Assembly: GCA_963741205.1 (NCBI GenBank)
Contig: CAVUHW010000012.1
Location: 32,001-96,000 of the forward strand
Origin: Nitrospirota bacterium
GTDB taxonomy: Bacteria > Nitrospirota > UBA9217
Direction of reading: 5' to 3'
DNA: 64,000 nt
Position numbers and translations under genes: made by a program. Below are positions 9,901-20,673 of this stretch, piece after piece. How positions within the stretch are numbered: the first letter of the stretch is position 1; every line of letters starts with the position of its first letter. The notes below the pieces were generated by a model. That model saw only the letters and a program-made list of their open reading frames with translations. It was not told where the DNA came from and made no database searches.

Positions 9901-12900
9901 GTCGGCCTCCGTGGCATTGAGCTGTTGCAGGACCACCTGTCCGTGTGTCCACGCCAGGTCGAAGACGCGGTCCGCGAGGCGCCGATCCTGGTATTTCCCG
10001 ACAAGGCTTAACGCGACGTCGCGGGTTTCGCAGGCGCCGGAGACGATATCGATCGCCGCCGATTCTTCCGGATCGAGCGTGATCCGATGCCGGATCGAGA
10101 CAATCGGATCGAGCACGGAGCCCTGGCTGCCCGAGAGCGCCGCGGGTCCTCTCATCGCTTGCGGATCGGCGGCCGTGTTTCCGCGGCCGATGAACCGCAT
10201 CCGGTCGGTCTCGCAGGAAACTTCCACGGTGTCCGTCCCGTGCACTGCCATCAGGTGAAACATCCAGGGCACCGGCTCATTGAGAGAGCGGGGCCGGCGG
10301 GTGCAGAGGATCGCCTGGCGCTGGGGGAGGATCTCCGTCTGGACGAAGAGGTTGCCGAACGCCGGATGCAACGCGTCCGCGGCAGGCGATGCAAGAACGA
10401 CTTCCGCGTAACTCGTGATCTCAATCTCTCTGCGTGCTCTGCAGCGGTTGGTGATCGTGATCCTGCGCAGCTCAATATCATCCTCGGGAGAGACGGCGAT
10501 CTCGGTATGGGTATCGATAGTCATGGTCCCGGCGGCGGAACTCCGCTCGCGCGCCCGAGAAGATCGCTTCGTAGGTGTCCGGCCGTTTGAGCGTCGGCTG
10601 ATAGGCGGTCGACCAAAACTCCCCGCTCGCCGCGTCGCGGATGTAGCAGAACGTCCCCCAATTGTCGCAGGTGCTGTCCTCGCGCCAGCGTGTCACCGCG
10701 ATGTCCTTCCATCGGCTGTAGCCGCCGCCCGCGTTCGTGACCATCACGTGGTATCTGCCGTTCGACAGAAGCTGCACCTCCGGTATCGGGGTGTCGGGGG
10801 TGCCGAAAACCCGGACCGGCATTTCCGGGCCGACGGAAGTCGGCCGCAGGTCGGAGAGCTCGGCGGCGCGCGAAAAGAACGCCGTCGCCTTCGGAACCCG
10901 TTCCTGGAGCAACAGCGTGGTCGCCTGGAACTGCGGATCCGACTCGAATCGCTTCTGCATCGGACGGTCCAGGAGCAGATAGGCCAGTGAGAGGAGGCTC
11001 ATGCCCTCGTGATGTGCCAGGAAAGCCCGGACCACGGCACTCGATTGGCCGCGTCGTTGACGGGAAGGGGTATAGTCGATGGCTTCAAAGAAACCGTATT
11101 TCCCGATCGTACCCCTCGGCGGCGAGGCGCTGCAGATTCCGGCACGCCTCCTCGGGCGCCACCATCAACGCGAGCACCGAGGCGTACGGCGCGACGACCA
11201 GATCGTCCGCGAGGCCGCGTTTGAGCCCCAGACCAGGAACACCGAACGCGCGGTACTGGTAGTTGAGACGAATGTCGACCATGTTGTAGCAGGATTCCGA
11301 CATGCCCCATGGTATGCCGAGCTGCCCCCCATACTGGATCTGCCTCTTGACGGCCGCCTTGCAGGTCCGGTCGAGCAGCGTGTTTTCGTACGTCGGCATC
11401 ACCAGGAGCGGCATGAGGTACTCGAACATCGAACCGCTCCACGAAAGGAGGACCGGCTCTCCACCGGCGGTAGTGAGCAGGCGCCCCAGGGCAAACCAGC
11501 TTTCCTGCGGCAGCTGCCCTTGCGCAATCCCTACGAAACTGCAGAGCCTTGCTTCCGAAGCCAGCAGGTCGTAGTAACTCGTGTCCCGCCTGCGGCTGTC
11601 AACGTTGTACCCGATGGCCAGTAAATGGCTTGACCTGTCGAACAGGAAGTCATACTCCATGCGGCTGAGTTCTCCGGATTGCAACACAAGCTTTTCTATG
11701 GCCGTGATCCTCTCTGCGGCAGTATCGTTTTCTCTTTTCGCCAAATCGCGCAAAGTCGGGATATCATCAATACTGCAGATCGGACAACGGGGCGAGGAGG
11801 GTCAGCTCGTCAAGCGCGGCCCTGCATTGCCCGGTAAAAGCGCGCGCCCACCGTCCTGCCTGATTCTCCGAAGGATACCGGAATTATCGATCCGGGAAAG
11901 CAGGTCCTCCGCGGACGTTGTCAATTGAGCAAGGCAGGACCTCGCAGCCGTGAGCGTAGTGGCGGGGAATTGTACGCGGACTCCAGGTCGTTCTGAAGTT
12001 GAGCAAGGACTTCGGCGAGCTCAGTCGAGCCGCCGTTGGATCGTCTTCCAACCTGACGAACCTGAATCAAAAAGCCGTGACCGCTGGCAGCGGTCGCGAA
12101 GAATTTTGCAAGCTTTCCTGTTTGAGATTTCCTTTGCGTCCCTTGCGCCTTCGCGGTAAACCGTCTCTCCATTTTGACCAGAACGTGATTCTTCAGCTTT
12201 CAAAACGTCCATGAGGACCTGCAGGGTATCGGAGAGCCCGCTGAACAATCTCGCATGAACGATCTTGTGATCGGGAAGTGCGAGCAGACCCTGCCGCAAG
12301 GTGAGCAGATTAGCCGCAAGGTTCCCGCTGTCCACCGTAGATACATACTTGGGCTGCAGCGGCTTCAGAGACTGCGTGTCATACCAGTTGTAGAAGTGGC
12401 CCCGGTGCCGATCCAGGGCTTCCATTGTTCGCAATGCATTCTCCGTGCGCTCGATGAGTTGTCCGGCAGGAATATAGCCGAAGTCGTATGCGGACAGATT
12501 CGCAAGCAGCGCAAGTCCCATGTTGGTCGGCGACGTGCGATGCGCGACCATAGCAGCGCGATACTCCTGATAGTTATCAGGCGGCAGCCAGTTGTCCTCC
12601 GGGCCGACGAATGTCTCGAAGAAGCGCCCAGGTTTTTCGGGAAAGCTTTCGGAGAAAAAGGAGCTGGCGCGCGTCAATCGTGCTTCACGGTGCGTAAGCG
12701 GCCGGCTGATCCACCACGCGATGACGGGTGAAGCAAACCAGAGCACCAGGAGAGGCCCGGCCGCTCCCAACGCAGCCGGATTCGAAAGCGCCAGATAGAC
12801 CACCACGGCGACCGCGAGAAAGGGGGCGAACCACATCGTCAGACAAGCAGCGGCGAGGCCCGTTCGGCCCTTCCGGTCCGGGTCGCCTGACGGACTCCAT

Positions 12901-15735
12901 TCGAGAAGCCGCTTGTGCGTGACGAGCATTCTTCCTATCGTGCGCACGACCGCATCCAGACTGAAAAACGCCTCGTAGGGGAGGCACGCAAGCGTAAACA
13001 GATCGTGGGCAAAGCGCCTGCCAATGGACCGCCCTGCAGCAGCGAGATGCTGCCGGAGAAGCACCTCGCGCGGTTTTTGAAGCAGATCCAGGATAGAGGA
13101 AATAAAAGAAGGGATCAGAATAATCCCGATCACTGACACGGTCCAGAACCAGGGCGAAGACAAGATCGTCCAACCGAGCAATAAGAGGAGCGTCATTGCC
13201 GAAGGCACGAGACTGCGCCGAAGGTTGTCGAGGAGCTTCCATTGGGACAGCAACGAGAGAGGATTCTTCCGGCGCTGCCGGTCACGCGCAGACCCGGGGC
13301 CAGGGACAACCGCCCGCAGCCAGGACAGAAGCTGCCAATCCCCGCGAATCCACCGGTGGCGGCGGCTCACGTCCGCGCTGTAGCGGGGAGGATATTCTTC
13401 GTACACCATTACATCGCTCAACAGTCCGGCTCGAGCATAACACCCTTCGATAAGATCGTGGCTCAGGATCCGGTTCTCGGGGAAGCGTCCGCTCCAGCGT
13501 CCGCTCGAACGCGTCGACATCGTAGATCCCCTTGCCGATAAAGGAGCCTTCAAGAAAGAGGTCCTGGTAGACATCCGAGACAGCGCGCGTATAGGGGTCA
13601 ATGCCCGGGTCGCTCCCCTCCATGCGCGCATACCGCGACCGGTTTGTGCCCGGCAAACTCACCGCCACCCGAGGCTGAAGGATGCCGTACCCCGCGACAA
13701 CACGCTGCTTGCCTTCGTCGTATTGCGGACGATTCAGCGGATGCGCCATGGCTGCCACGAGCTGCCGGGCCGAATCGCGCGGCAGCTGGGTATCCGTGTC
13801 CAGGGTAATCACATACTTCACGTTGAGCAGCACTGCAATATTGCCGACGACGAGGGAGAACCGGTCACGCGAGCCGCTGCGAAGAAGTGAATTCAGTGCC
13901 GCAAGCTTTCCCCGCTTGCGCTCGTAACCCATCCAGACGCCCTCCAAGGGATTCCATTGGCGAGGGCGGTGAAAAAGGAAGAACGTATCGCTCTTTGCCT
14001 TTCCGTACTTCTCATTCAGCTCTTCGATTCTTTGCCGGGCGAGCAGCAAGAGCGGTTCGTCCTCCGGCAGTATTTCTTCCGATGCGTCCGGAAAATCAGT
14101 CAGCAGTCCGAAGTGCAGGTTTTCATCGCGATTTGCCAGAAACCTGACTTCCAACGCCTCGACCAGATTCTCGATGTCGGGAGCGCTCGTGAGGAATGTC
14201 GGGATCACCACCAGGGCGAGAGATTCCTCCGGAATTCCTTCGGAGAAGTCCATTCGCGGCAGCGGATGCGGCGCCACCAGCAATGTGGCCAGCCAGTTCA
14301 CCAACGCCACCGCCAGCTGGCTTCCGCCCAGCAGCGAAAGGAACCCCATCAGCGCGAGCAGCCAATCCGGGTACCCGCCTGCATGCGCCTTTGCCAGCAG
14401 GCTCCCTGTGAAAATCACCGTCATCAGTGTGATCGAGCCCAGATAGAGGAACAAAGGAAACCTGCTACTCGCCCTTCGAAGGGACTCTATGACAGATAGC
14501 CGGACCCCTGCCAGGTGTTCAAGCTGCGCCAGTCCCTTGTCGATCAGGTAGTAGCCCACATGAGCCGAGCGCTCGTCTCCGCTTTGAGTGTCGTCTTTAC
14601 GGGCCGCGCTCGCGCGCGCAATCCGGACCGCGTTGGCTGCCACCTCCCCTTCAGATAGCCGGCCGCTCTTCGCAATCTTTTCCACCACGTGACGGTAACG
14701 GTCACGAGTAGAAAAATCCATTTTTCTGTATGTACCGCGGGGGTCCTCACGCAGGGTCTGCTCGACAACGCTCATCGTCTCGACGAACTTGCGCCAGTCC
14801 ATCCCTCCCAGAAATCGGAGGCTGCCGATGCTGTTGCTGATGGAAACCTGGTCCGCGGCCTGTTGTTGGCTCTCCGACTGCACCAACTGCTCGATCGTCA
14901 GACCGGACTCGGAAAGTCGATGCTCGATCCAGGTGAGCGGCAATGCCAGAGCGGGGCTCTGTCCCTTCAACCGGCGGGCAAATTCCGCAACAAACGAGCT
15001 CACCATCGGGGGGTTCGACCGCGCCATGTCCGCAGTCACCAGGATCAGGCTCTTCGGATCCTTCTCGGCAATCTCGGTCATCTGTTCCGCCCATTGGGCG
15101 GCGCTGTTTCGTTCGATCATGTTGGCGGCGATCCGGGCCCCGACGCGTCGGAGATTCTCGATCAACGCCAGGCGCAGCATGATGGGGATCGCCCACAATT
15201 CTCCCAGCTTCAGGACGGTGACTGACTGGTAGGCCGCAATAAAACTGCTGAGGCTTTCCGGGTCCACCCGCCCGTCGCCGTGCGAGATCGTTTCCAGGGC
15301 GATGTCATAAACGCGCGGAAGCCCGGCAGAGGGTCCATTGAGCAGGCGGGGCAGCTCCCGGCTGTAACCCTTTGGCAAGTGTCTCCTTGCCGTCCGGATC
15401 TGTTCTTCGATCAGATAGAAGTTATCGAGCAGCCATTCGGCTGCCGGCATGATCCTGCGCTCCGTCTTGACCGCTTCTACCAGCAGGCTGCGGGTCCCGG
15501 CCAGGATGGCTTCATTCTCAGCCAACCGCGCCAGAAGCCGGTCACGAGCGCGTCCCGGGTGGAGCGTGTGCAGGCCCGCAAGGGTCTTGCCATGCTGCTC
15601 CATCTGGTCGCTGCTGAACAATTCCGATCGCAGTGGCGGCTCGTAAACGGCGAACTTTGCTTCCCGGCCTTTTTTCGGAAAGCGCGCCAGCACATTGGGC
15701 AGGTTCCCGAGAATGGTTTTGTTGCTCAACTTCAC
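6928..15735 (-). CDS. ndvB: Cyclic beta-1,2-glucan synthase (Cgs/NdvB; synthase plus GH94 phosphorylase domains), several frameshifts
   Basis: Collinear fragments: [99 protein letters not shown]. Confidence 0.93.
12010..12200. repeat. Composite REP-like/hairpin insertion inside ndvB
   Basis: Minus strand carries CCGCGAAGGCGCAAGGGACGCAAAG...CTTCGCGACCG, GATTCAGGTTCGTCAGGTTGG and GGCTCGACTGAGCTCGCCGAAG between ...LQVLMDV and [15 protein letters not shown]. Confidence 0.5.
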
Positions 15736-15970
15736 TGGCTGATACTCTCCTTAAAATACAAACCTTATAAAACCACGGGTCAGCTGCGGGACACACGTAT
15801 AAGGCAGACGCATGCTTTTTATCTGTGCTTCCAACTTCCCCCGGCGCTTAGGGTGCCTAGCGTGAGAGGGGGGATGCGGCGAAACCGCCTGTGGTTAATG
15901 ACATCTTGGTTCCGGCTTATCCCGTTAGTATATCAAGAATGTTATCAGGTCGTTATCCAATATTCATTCG

Positions 15971-16864
15971 TCACGTATTTGTCGATATCAGAGGTTTGAC
16001 CGCTGGCCTTCGCTTCTTGAAAACCCGGATCTCGACGTCCACATCCAAAGCAAGCCGGTCAAGGGCCTCCACCTTGGCCTTGGTCTTCAGATCGATATTC
16101 CAGAAATAGGGCGTCATTGCCAGAAGGTCCATGATCGCCGAGCTCTCTGTAAGCTCAAGCGGATAATTGATCCTCGTTTCACTGGAAAGAGAAAAGAGTT
16201 GTTCGGCCTCTTCGCTGATTGTTGATGGCGCATGCTCCCTGGCATTCGGATAAATGACCTCCCGCAGGCCGTTGAGGTGCCTTGGGCCGGGGCTTACGAT
16301 CAAGAGCCCCCCTGTCTCCCTAAGCACCCTCGAGAATTCTGGAAAGTCAGCAGGCGAAAATACATTCAGAATCAAATCAAGGGAGGATTGTGCGAAGGGG
16401 AGGTCGATGATGCTGGCAACAAACCAGTCCATCGTCCTGTCCCGTTGGGCGGCTTGGCGGACGGCAAATTTAGAAATATCCACTCCGTAGTATTCAACAG
16501 GGATCCGGGTCCTGGGTCTCTGCATCAGGAACTCCTTGAGGCGTTTGAGATAAAAACCCTCGCCGCAGCCAGCGTCAAGAATGTTGAAAGCGCGTTCACT
16601 CCCGGTGCCGGGGAGATCGCCCGCAACAGCTTCATTGATGCCGTTCGAAATTCTGTCGTACAGTCCCAGGTCCAGAAACCGCCTCCTGCTCCGGATCATT
16701 TCCTTGCCGTCGCCAGGTTCTTTGGAATTCTTCTTGTGAGAAAGCAGAACATTGACATACCCCTCGCGGGCAGCATCGAAGGTGTGGTTATTGGAGCATT
16801 GGTAGCCGTCGGAGGAGTTAAGCAGCGGATTCCGGCACACGGGGCATTGCAGGATGATGGTCAT
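15971..16864 (-). CDS. rlmA: RlmA-like 23S rRNA m1G745/m1G748 methyltransferase
   Basis: CPVC...CSNNHTFDAAREGYVN zinc knuckle, LDAGCGEGFY SAM motif, LLAMTPYFW. Confidence 0.85.
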   Translation of the reverse strand: MTIILQCPVCRNPLLNSSDGYQCSNNHTFDAAREGYVNVLLSHKKNSKEPGDGKEMIRSRRRFLDLGLYDRISNGINEAVAGDLPGTGSERAFNILDAGCGEGFYLKRLKEFLMQRPRTRIPVEYYGVDISKFAVRQAAQRDRTMDWFVASIIDLPFAQSSLDLILNVFSPADFPEFSRVLRETGGLLIVSPGPRHLNGLREVIYPNAREHAPSTISEEAEQLFSLSSETRINYPLELTESSAIMDLLAMTPYFWNIDLKTKAKVEALDRLALDVDVEIRVFKKRRPAVKPLISTNT

Positions 16865-16962
16865 AGGATCACGTCAGCTCCTGTTTTTGTCTGTAACTCT
16901 GTCTGTGGTTCATGTTTCTCCTTCAGTGTAAAGCAACAAACTCCGCGTTGTTATGCTGGCTG

Positions 16963-16995
16963 AAAAAAAACAGGCCCTGACATGATCAGGGCCTG
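16963..16995 (-). terminator. Intrinsic terminator, originally of the csp gene, now displaced by the IS
   Basis: CAGGCCCTGA-TCATG-TCAGGGCCTG followed by a T-tract on the minus strand. Confidence 0.8.
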
Positions 16996-17118
16996 CAAAG
17001 GTCTATGCCTTAGACATAATGGCTGACAGTTGAAAATCAAGTGACCTGCCCCTTGCAACGTGGGTTATACTTGGGAACCCGGTTCCCAAATACAGAGCCA
17101 CAACCAAGGAGGCAGGTC

Positions 17119-18227
17119 ATGAAACATTCTATCATTTTTGTCGGACTCGATGTACACAAAGATTCGATCGATATCGCCATGGCCGATGACGGCAGAAACG
17201 GCGAGATCAGGTTCTACGGCACCATCGGCGGCGATCTGGCATCGCTGGACAAAGCGATCCGGAAATTCCGCCGTTCAGGCGTTGAGCTTCGCTTCGTATA
17301 TGAAGCGGGACCCTGCGGCTATGAGATCTACCGGCACCTGACCGCACAGGGATTCCACTGCGATGTTATCGCGCCTTCGATGACACCGAAGAAGAGCGGC
17401 GACCGAATCAAAACCGACCGGCGGGATGCCCTGACTCTTGCCCGGCTCTACCGGGCGGGCGAATTGACACCGGTTTATGTCCCCCGCGAGGACGATGAGG
17501 CCATGCGTGACCTGGTTCGGGGCCGGGAGGATGCTGTAAACGCAACCCGGAAGGCCCGGCAACGCTTGAGTGCTTTCATTCTTCGTCATGGATTCCGGTA
17601 TTCGGGCGCAAAAGCTTGGAGCGTAGCCCATCTGCGTTGGCTTGCGGACATCAAAATGCCGCATCCGGCCCAGCAGATCACGCTACAGGAGTATATCCAC
17701 AGCATCGAAGAGTGCTCGGAGCGTGTAGATCGCCTGACCGAGCAGATATTGAAACTGATCCCGACATGGCGCATGGAGCCGGTAGTAAATGCCCTGCAAG
17801 CCCTACGGGGCGTGGCACCCATCGTTGCATCGACCATGGTGGTCGAGATCGGAGACCTCAGGCGGTTTGAGAATCCCCGGCAGCTCATGGCCTATCTGGG
17901 CTGGTTCCATCGGAGAACTCCAGCGGCCAGACCACAAAGCGGGGTGGGATCACCAAAACGGGCAACGGACATGCCCGGCGTGCGCTGATCGAGGCAGCCC
18001 AGGCATATAGTTTCCCGGCCAGGGTCAGCAGAGCGCTCCGAAAACGTCAAGAGGGCCTGCCGCGCGAGATCAAGGAAATATCCTGGAAAGCCCAAGTGCG
18101 GCTCTGCGGACGATTCCGCAAGCTCATGGCCAAGGGGAAGAACAGAAACCGAACCGTAACCGCGATCGCACGAGAGCTTTCCGGTTTCATGTGGGCCATT
18201 GCCAAGGAAGTGCCCATGCCGGCATAA
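17119..18227 (+). CDS. IS110 DEDD recombinase/transposase (frameshift near 17900)
   Basis: FVGLDVHK, YEAGPCG, KTDRRDA; C-terminal GITKTGNGHARRALIEAA...AIARELSGFMWAI. Confidence 0.95.
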
Positions 18228-18299
18228 TGCCAGGAATAACTTTCAAAGAACAAGACGGCTATTAAGGAGAGCAACCAAGACCAAATACAACTATCCAGG

Positions 18300-18500
18300 G
18301 TATCATCAGAGACGCGACCACGATCAGGAGAACTCTCGTTTAAACTATGGAATAAGGCTCATGCCGAACTTCCGCTTTTAGAGCGAGACAGCTCCGCGAT
18401 GAAGACAAGTCATGCGGTCAAACCCGCGAATATCAGAGTGATCAATCGTCGCCGACAGGTCCCGTCTCTGATTATGCCCTGGAGCAATAACTGATATCAT
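18300..18500 (+). ncRNA. Predicted bridge RNA / seekRNA of the IS1111-type element
   Basis: Stem TCTCGTT(18334-40)/AGCGAGA(18382-88) encloses TAAACTA and CTTTTAG, which match the target site; second domain GCTCC/GGAGC contains ATATCAG and ATTATG, which match the donor junction. Confidence 0.7.
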
Positions 18501-18561
18501 CCCTTTTGCATAAAGGGGCGGGGAAACTGTTTTGTCCTTGACAACTGTCAACCATATCAGT

Positions 18562-18762
18562 TTAGAGCTTTACAACGTTGGCTGCTTTGGGACCCTTGGG
18601 TGAGTCGACAACGTCGAACTGAACCTGCTGGCCTTCAGTCAACGACTTAAAGCCGCTGTCCTGAATGTCGCCAAAATGAACGAACACATCGCCGCCATTT
18701 TCACGGGTAATGAATCCAAAGCCTTTGGAATCATTGAACCACTTTACTGAACCTGTCTCCAT
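18562..18762 (-). CDS. Cold-shock protein (CspA family)
   Basis: [18 protein letters not shown]1, DVFVHF RNP2, [10 protein letters not shown]; strong AAGGAGG SD. Confidence 0.97.
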   Translation of the reverse strand: METGSVKWFNDSKGFGFITRENGGDVFVHFGDIQDSGFKSLTEGQQVQFDVVDSPKGPKAANVVKL

Positions 18763-18807
18763 GGTAAGCTACCTCCTTCTTGTGAAATTGAAGCGACGGA
18801 AAAGGAC

Positions 18808-18906
18808 AAAAAAAATACCGCAAAGTCAATCAGTCTTTGCGGTCTCCCTACAAGAACATCCGGAACTTCTATATAAGATAATGCTCCTTCTGCGCCGGAA
18901 TGTCAA
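18808..18906 (-). promoter_or_regulatory. csp promoter and 5' leader with terminator-like hairpin
   Basis: TTGACA(18906-18901)-17 nt-CATTAT; leader contains ACCGCAAAG...CTTTGCGGT followed by a T-tract. Confidence 0.6.
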
Positions 18907-18994
18907 TGGTTATTATTGTTCAAGCGGTAATAGCCTGCCAGTATTCCACGGGTCCTGACTGAAAACGGGCCAGAATGATTGACAAGCAAGAAGT

Positions 18995-19031
18995 AAAAAA
19001 GGGCCAATTTCTTAGGAAATTGGCCCTTTTT
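18995..19031 (-). terminator. Intrinsic terminator after tRNA-Asn
   Basis: AAAAAGGGCCAATTTC...GAAATTGGCCCTTTTT perfect hairpin. Confidence 0.85.
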
Positions 19032-19038
19032 ATGGCTA

Positions 19039-19114
19039 TGGCTCCCGGAGCAGGACTCGAACCTGCGACATGGTGGTTAACAGCCACCCGCTCTACCGAC
19101 TGAGCTATCCGGGA
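19039..19114 (-). tRNA. tRNA-Asn(GTT)
   Basis: Cloverleaf TCCCGGATAGCTCAGTCGGTAGAGC...CT GTT AA...GGTTCGAGTCC...GCCA. Confidence 0.97.
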
Positions 19115-19139
19115 ATGTGAGGTGTATTTTTTATAACTA

Positions 19140-19252
19140 TTTATACCCCCGACCATAAGGTTAAGCCCGCTTCTGCGGGACTCTTCCGACTGGGAACCTA
19201 CCGGGGAATACGTTATTACAGCGCGTGGTGTGTTCGTTCAGGCTGGTATAAA
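19140..19252 (-). ncRNA. Candidate structured RNA upstream of tRNA-Asn
   Basis: Terminal stem TTTATACC/GGTATAAA; internal AGGTT/AACCT, TTCC/GGAA and CCCGC-AGAA-GCGGG hairpins; TTGACA just upstream. Confidence 0.3.
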
Positions 19253-19353
19253 TACCATATATAACCTGATATGTCAAACAGTTCTTTAGAGAAACCGAGG
19301 CAACTACGTAACCATTCGGCAATTACGCTGATGTGACCAGCCTGATCCACACC

Positions 19354-19948
19354 CTACCGCTCCTGCCCCTTCTTCAGCTCCATGATGACAAGTTTGGCGA
19401 TAGCCTTCAAGGTGTCGAACACGCCAGTGCCGTCTGCGGCGCAGGCCTCGAAATCCGGAACATTGCTCGTGGTTGAGGGCCCTGCGCATCTCATCGACCG
19501 GCACCACGTTCGGCAGGTCTCTCTTGTTGTATTGGATGATATAGGGTACCTTGTCGAGGTCGTACCCTTGCTCGGAAAGATTGAGGCGCAGGTTTTCGAC
19601 GCTCTCGATATTGGCTTCCATGCGTTCAATCTGAGAGTCGGCAACGAACACGATGCCGTCCACACCCTTCAGGATGAGTTTGCGGCTTGCGTCGTAGAAT
19701 ACCTGGCCGGGAACGGTGTAGAGATGGAACCGCGTCTTGAATCCGCGGATCTCCCCAAGGGCGAGCGGCAGAAAGTCAAAAAACAGCGTGCGTTCGGTCT
19801 CCGTGGCAAGCGAGATCATCTTGCCCTTGCTGTCGGGGTTCGTCTTTTTGTAGATCCACTGCAGATTGGTCGTCTTGCCGCAGAGGCCCGGGCCGTAGAA
19901 GACGATCTTGCAGTTGATTTCTCGCGACGAATAATTGATAAAGGACAT
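19354..19948 (-). CDS. mglA: Gliding-motility Ras-like GTPase MglA (3' frameshift)
   Basis: [53 protein letters not shown]. Confidence 0.95.
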
Positions 19949-20000
19949 GGGGCCGAACTTCCTCTCTTGCGCGCGTATCAGGGAATGCTGCGAGGCTGGG

Positions 20001-20495
20001 CTATCCGAAAAGCTTGTCGATATCTTCGTCGGTTATCTCGGCAAAGGGGGACTCGCTGCCCTTTCCGGGCCCCTTTTCCGTTTCCACTTTCTGCAGCAGG
20101 TTGTTGAAAATGCTGCCGAGCGCCTCGGCGCTCTTTTTCACCCGGAGCCGCACGAGACCCAGCGATGAGCGCTGGTCGAATATAACCACCAGGATCACCC
20201 GCTGGCCGATGATGGAGATATGGATGTTGTCCCGCGCGCCTTCGTGGAAAAGGATGGAGAACTCCTTCTCGCCCAGGAGCTTGGCCATGCCGCCGGTTGC
20301 GGCGATGTTTCCCGCGGTAAGTGACGCCAGGGATGTCGTATCGAGGTTTTCCGTTTCGCCGGTCGCGGCGATGAGCTGGCCGTTCTTATCCACGAGGAAG
20401 ACGACCTTCGCATTCGCCTGCTGCAGGAGACGCTGGAGTTCCGTGTCTATCTGCTTAAACTCTTCGTCATACATGACCAAGTCGGAACCCAGCAT
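20001..20495 (-). CDS. mglB: Roadblock/LC7 GAP protein MglB
   Basis: LVMYDEEF...[11 protein letters not shown]...[14 protein letters not shown]...[15 protein letters not shown]. Confidence 0.95.
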   Translation of the reverse strand: MLGSDLVMYDEEFKQIDTELQRLLQQANAKVVFLVDKNGQLIAATGETENLDTTSLASLTAGNIAATGGMAKLLGEKEFSILFHEGARDNIHISIIGQRVILVVIFDQRSSLGLVRLRVKKSAEALGSIFNNLLQKVETEKGPGKGSESPFAEITDEDIDKLFG

Positions 20496-20612
20496 GTTTT
20501 CATCTCCCCATTCAAAATGTGCCGCATCTGCCCGCCGGCAACGTGCGGTCCGAGCTATTAAACCATACTAACCATGAGATTTCAAGACTTTTTTTGTTCC
20601 CGACCTGAACAT

Positions 20613-20642
20613 AAAAATAGCCGGGGGTGCGTCTCCCCGGCT
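20613..20642 (-). terminator. Intrinsic terminator after porB
   Basis: AGCCGGGG...CCCCGGCT followed by ATTTTT on the minus strand. Confidence 0.7.
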
Positions 20643-20673
20643 CGTGATGATGTCTGCCAGTATCGAAAACCGG

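Larger units (their letters stand above)
17012..18560 (+). mobile_element. IS110-family insertion sequence, IS1111 subgroup
   Basis: Sub-terminal IRs ATGGCTGACAGTTG (17019-17032) and CAACTGTCAACCAT (18542-18555), 13/14 match; 7 nt outside IRL and 3 nt outside IRR; AG core at 17012-13 and 18559-60; ~330 nt non-coding region downstream of the transposase. Confidence 0.92.

Noticed and set aside
15868-15908. Fluoride riboswitch-like AACCGC...TAATGAC..CT
   Set aside because: The 5' GGnGATG-GnGTTC half and pseudoknot pairing are missing, and no same-strand gene follows.
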